A stretch of DNA of 64,000 nucleotides from assembly GCA_028748975.1 (NCBI GenBank), contig JAQTPI010000005.1, positions 8,933 to 72,932 on the forward strand. Direction: 5' to 3'. Of the stretch, positions 62,762-64,000 are shown piece by piece (the stretch's first letter is position 1; the number at the start of each line of letters is the position of its first letter). The notes below the pieces were generated by a model that saw nothing but the letters and a program-made list of their open reading frames with translations, was not told the DNA's origin and made no database searches. Made by a program: the position numbers and the translations under genes. The DNA is from Patescibacteria group bacterium. GTDB lineage: Bacteria; Patescibacteriota; Patescibacteriia; UBA2196.

Positions 62762-64000
62762 CATGGACCACCAAATAGGACAATTAATGCTCAAAGCGGA
62801 AAACGCCAGTTCCCAAATGGAAGTTTTCAGCGCTGACGACGAATTAGCCAAAGAATCAAATCTGGGCCGTTTTTTTGCTATTTTGGAAATTTCCTCGCGC
62901 GAAAAAAAGGCAAAAAAAGCGGCGCTCCAAATTATTGAAATGGTCAAAAAAGATTACTATGACTCCCCCACTTCTGACCCGGAAAATTCACTGGAAGAAG
63001 TCTGCCAAAACCTAAACCAGCAGTTGCCGGAAATTATTGAAAACCCCAAAATCTGGCTGCCTAAATTTAATATTTTCATTGGCGCCATTAAAGACGAAAA
63101 AATCTGCCTGTCATCCTTTGGCCGCTTTAAAGCTTTTTTGGCGCGTGATAACAAACTGAACGCCATTATTCCGGAAGAAGAACGCAATCTCAAAAACAAA
63201 TCGCTGAAAATTATGTCGCATTTGATTGTGGGCGAACTGAAACCCGGCGACAGCTTGATTTTTTCCACGGTTTCTCTGTTTGATTTTTTCGCCCGGGAAA
63301 AAATTAAAAAAACAATTCAAACCTTAAATCCGGAGCAAAGCACGGAGTATTTTAAAAATTTGCTTTTGGAAAACAACGGGCCGGTTTCTTTTGGCGCTTT
63401 AATTTTAAAAATACAGTCGGCGCCGGCGGCAGAAGAAATCCCCAGCTACAAACCCCTCTCGGAATTCTACAGCACCAAAGATTCCATGGATAATCTGATT
63501 AACATGGAAAGAAAAACGACAAAAATTATGACTACTTCTTTTTGGCCAGGAATTAAAAATTCTTTGGCTAAACTGAAAAAAACTCCTTTGGCCAAAGCCA
63601 AGAAAGATTTAAAAATAGACGAGCAGCCAAAAGTGGCGCTGGCTTCACTCAAAACAAGGGTTTCCTCCTGGCGGGGCTTATTACCGCTACCAGCAGCCAA
63701 AAAAATTAAAGTCAATCTGGGCGACGGTTGGCAAAAAATTACTTCTTTCTTTAAAAGTTTCCAAAAATTAAACCGTCGGACAAAGATTGCTGGCTATGCC
63801 ATTGTGGCTCTTTTGATTCTCTTTGTCATCAGTTTGCCATTGGCCGGCAGCTATCAGCGCCAAAGAGCGGCCAATAAAAAATTTGATGAACAAGTAACGG
63901 CGGTGGAAGATAAAATCGCGAAAGCGGAAGCGGAATTAATTTATAAAAATGAAGCGGGCGCGGCGGCTAATCTCAAAGAGGCACAAATGGCTTTTCTAAA
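62762..64000 (+). CDS. hypothetical large protein with central TM (partial, runs off window end; absent from ORF track)
   Basis: ATG 62762 then uninterrupted frame MDHQIGQLMLKAENASSQMEVF...IAGYAIVALLILFVISLPLAG...; no stop before 64000. Confidence 0.5.

Overview
AT-rich window with compact gene organisation, mostly on the minus strand. Gene content suggests a reduced-genome bacterium, possibly Patescibacteria/CPR-like (inference). Recognisable housekeeping genes include gltX, proS, cysS, lepA, priA, dnaX, holB, frr, def, tadA, dusB, fba, tpiA, rseP, ftsE/ftsX, rpmG, coaB-like, three GT2 glycosyltransferases and a TagA/WecB transferase. Nine tRNAs were found by hand folding: Trp, Thr x2, Tyr, Asn, Gln x2, Gly and Pro. 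No rRNA and no CRISPR array were seen. The most striking feature is a very dense population of GC-rich palindromic MITE-like elements, at least 30 copies, roughly one per 2 kb. At least a dozen of these are inserted in-frame inside essential genes (gltX, priA, dnaX, dusB, glycosyltransferases), like Rickettsia RPEs. Other notable items: (1) a compositionally foreign GC-rich VWA-domain gene beside tRNA-Asn, with a canonical sigma70 promoter, uORF and SD, where most core genes show an SD-less TGCTAAAAT-N6-ATG arrangement; (2) a roughly 4.7 kb ORF-poor, partly very GC-rich block (47.7-52.6 kb) containing tRNA-Pro, a non-canonical tRNA-like element, duplicated RNA-like modules, and three small transmembrane peptide genes with conserved leaders and hairpin terminators, resembling a type I toxin-like peptide family; (3) a PriA lacking Walker A and with DEEH changed to DEEQ; (4) stop-codon-rich heptamer (TAATAAG)n repeats at gene boundaries and in-frame heptamer microsatellites inside genes. 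All coordinates and calls come from reading the sequence and the ORF track. No database searches were run. GC values are by-eye estimates.
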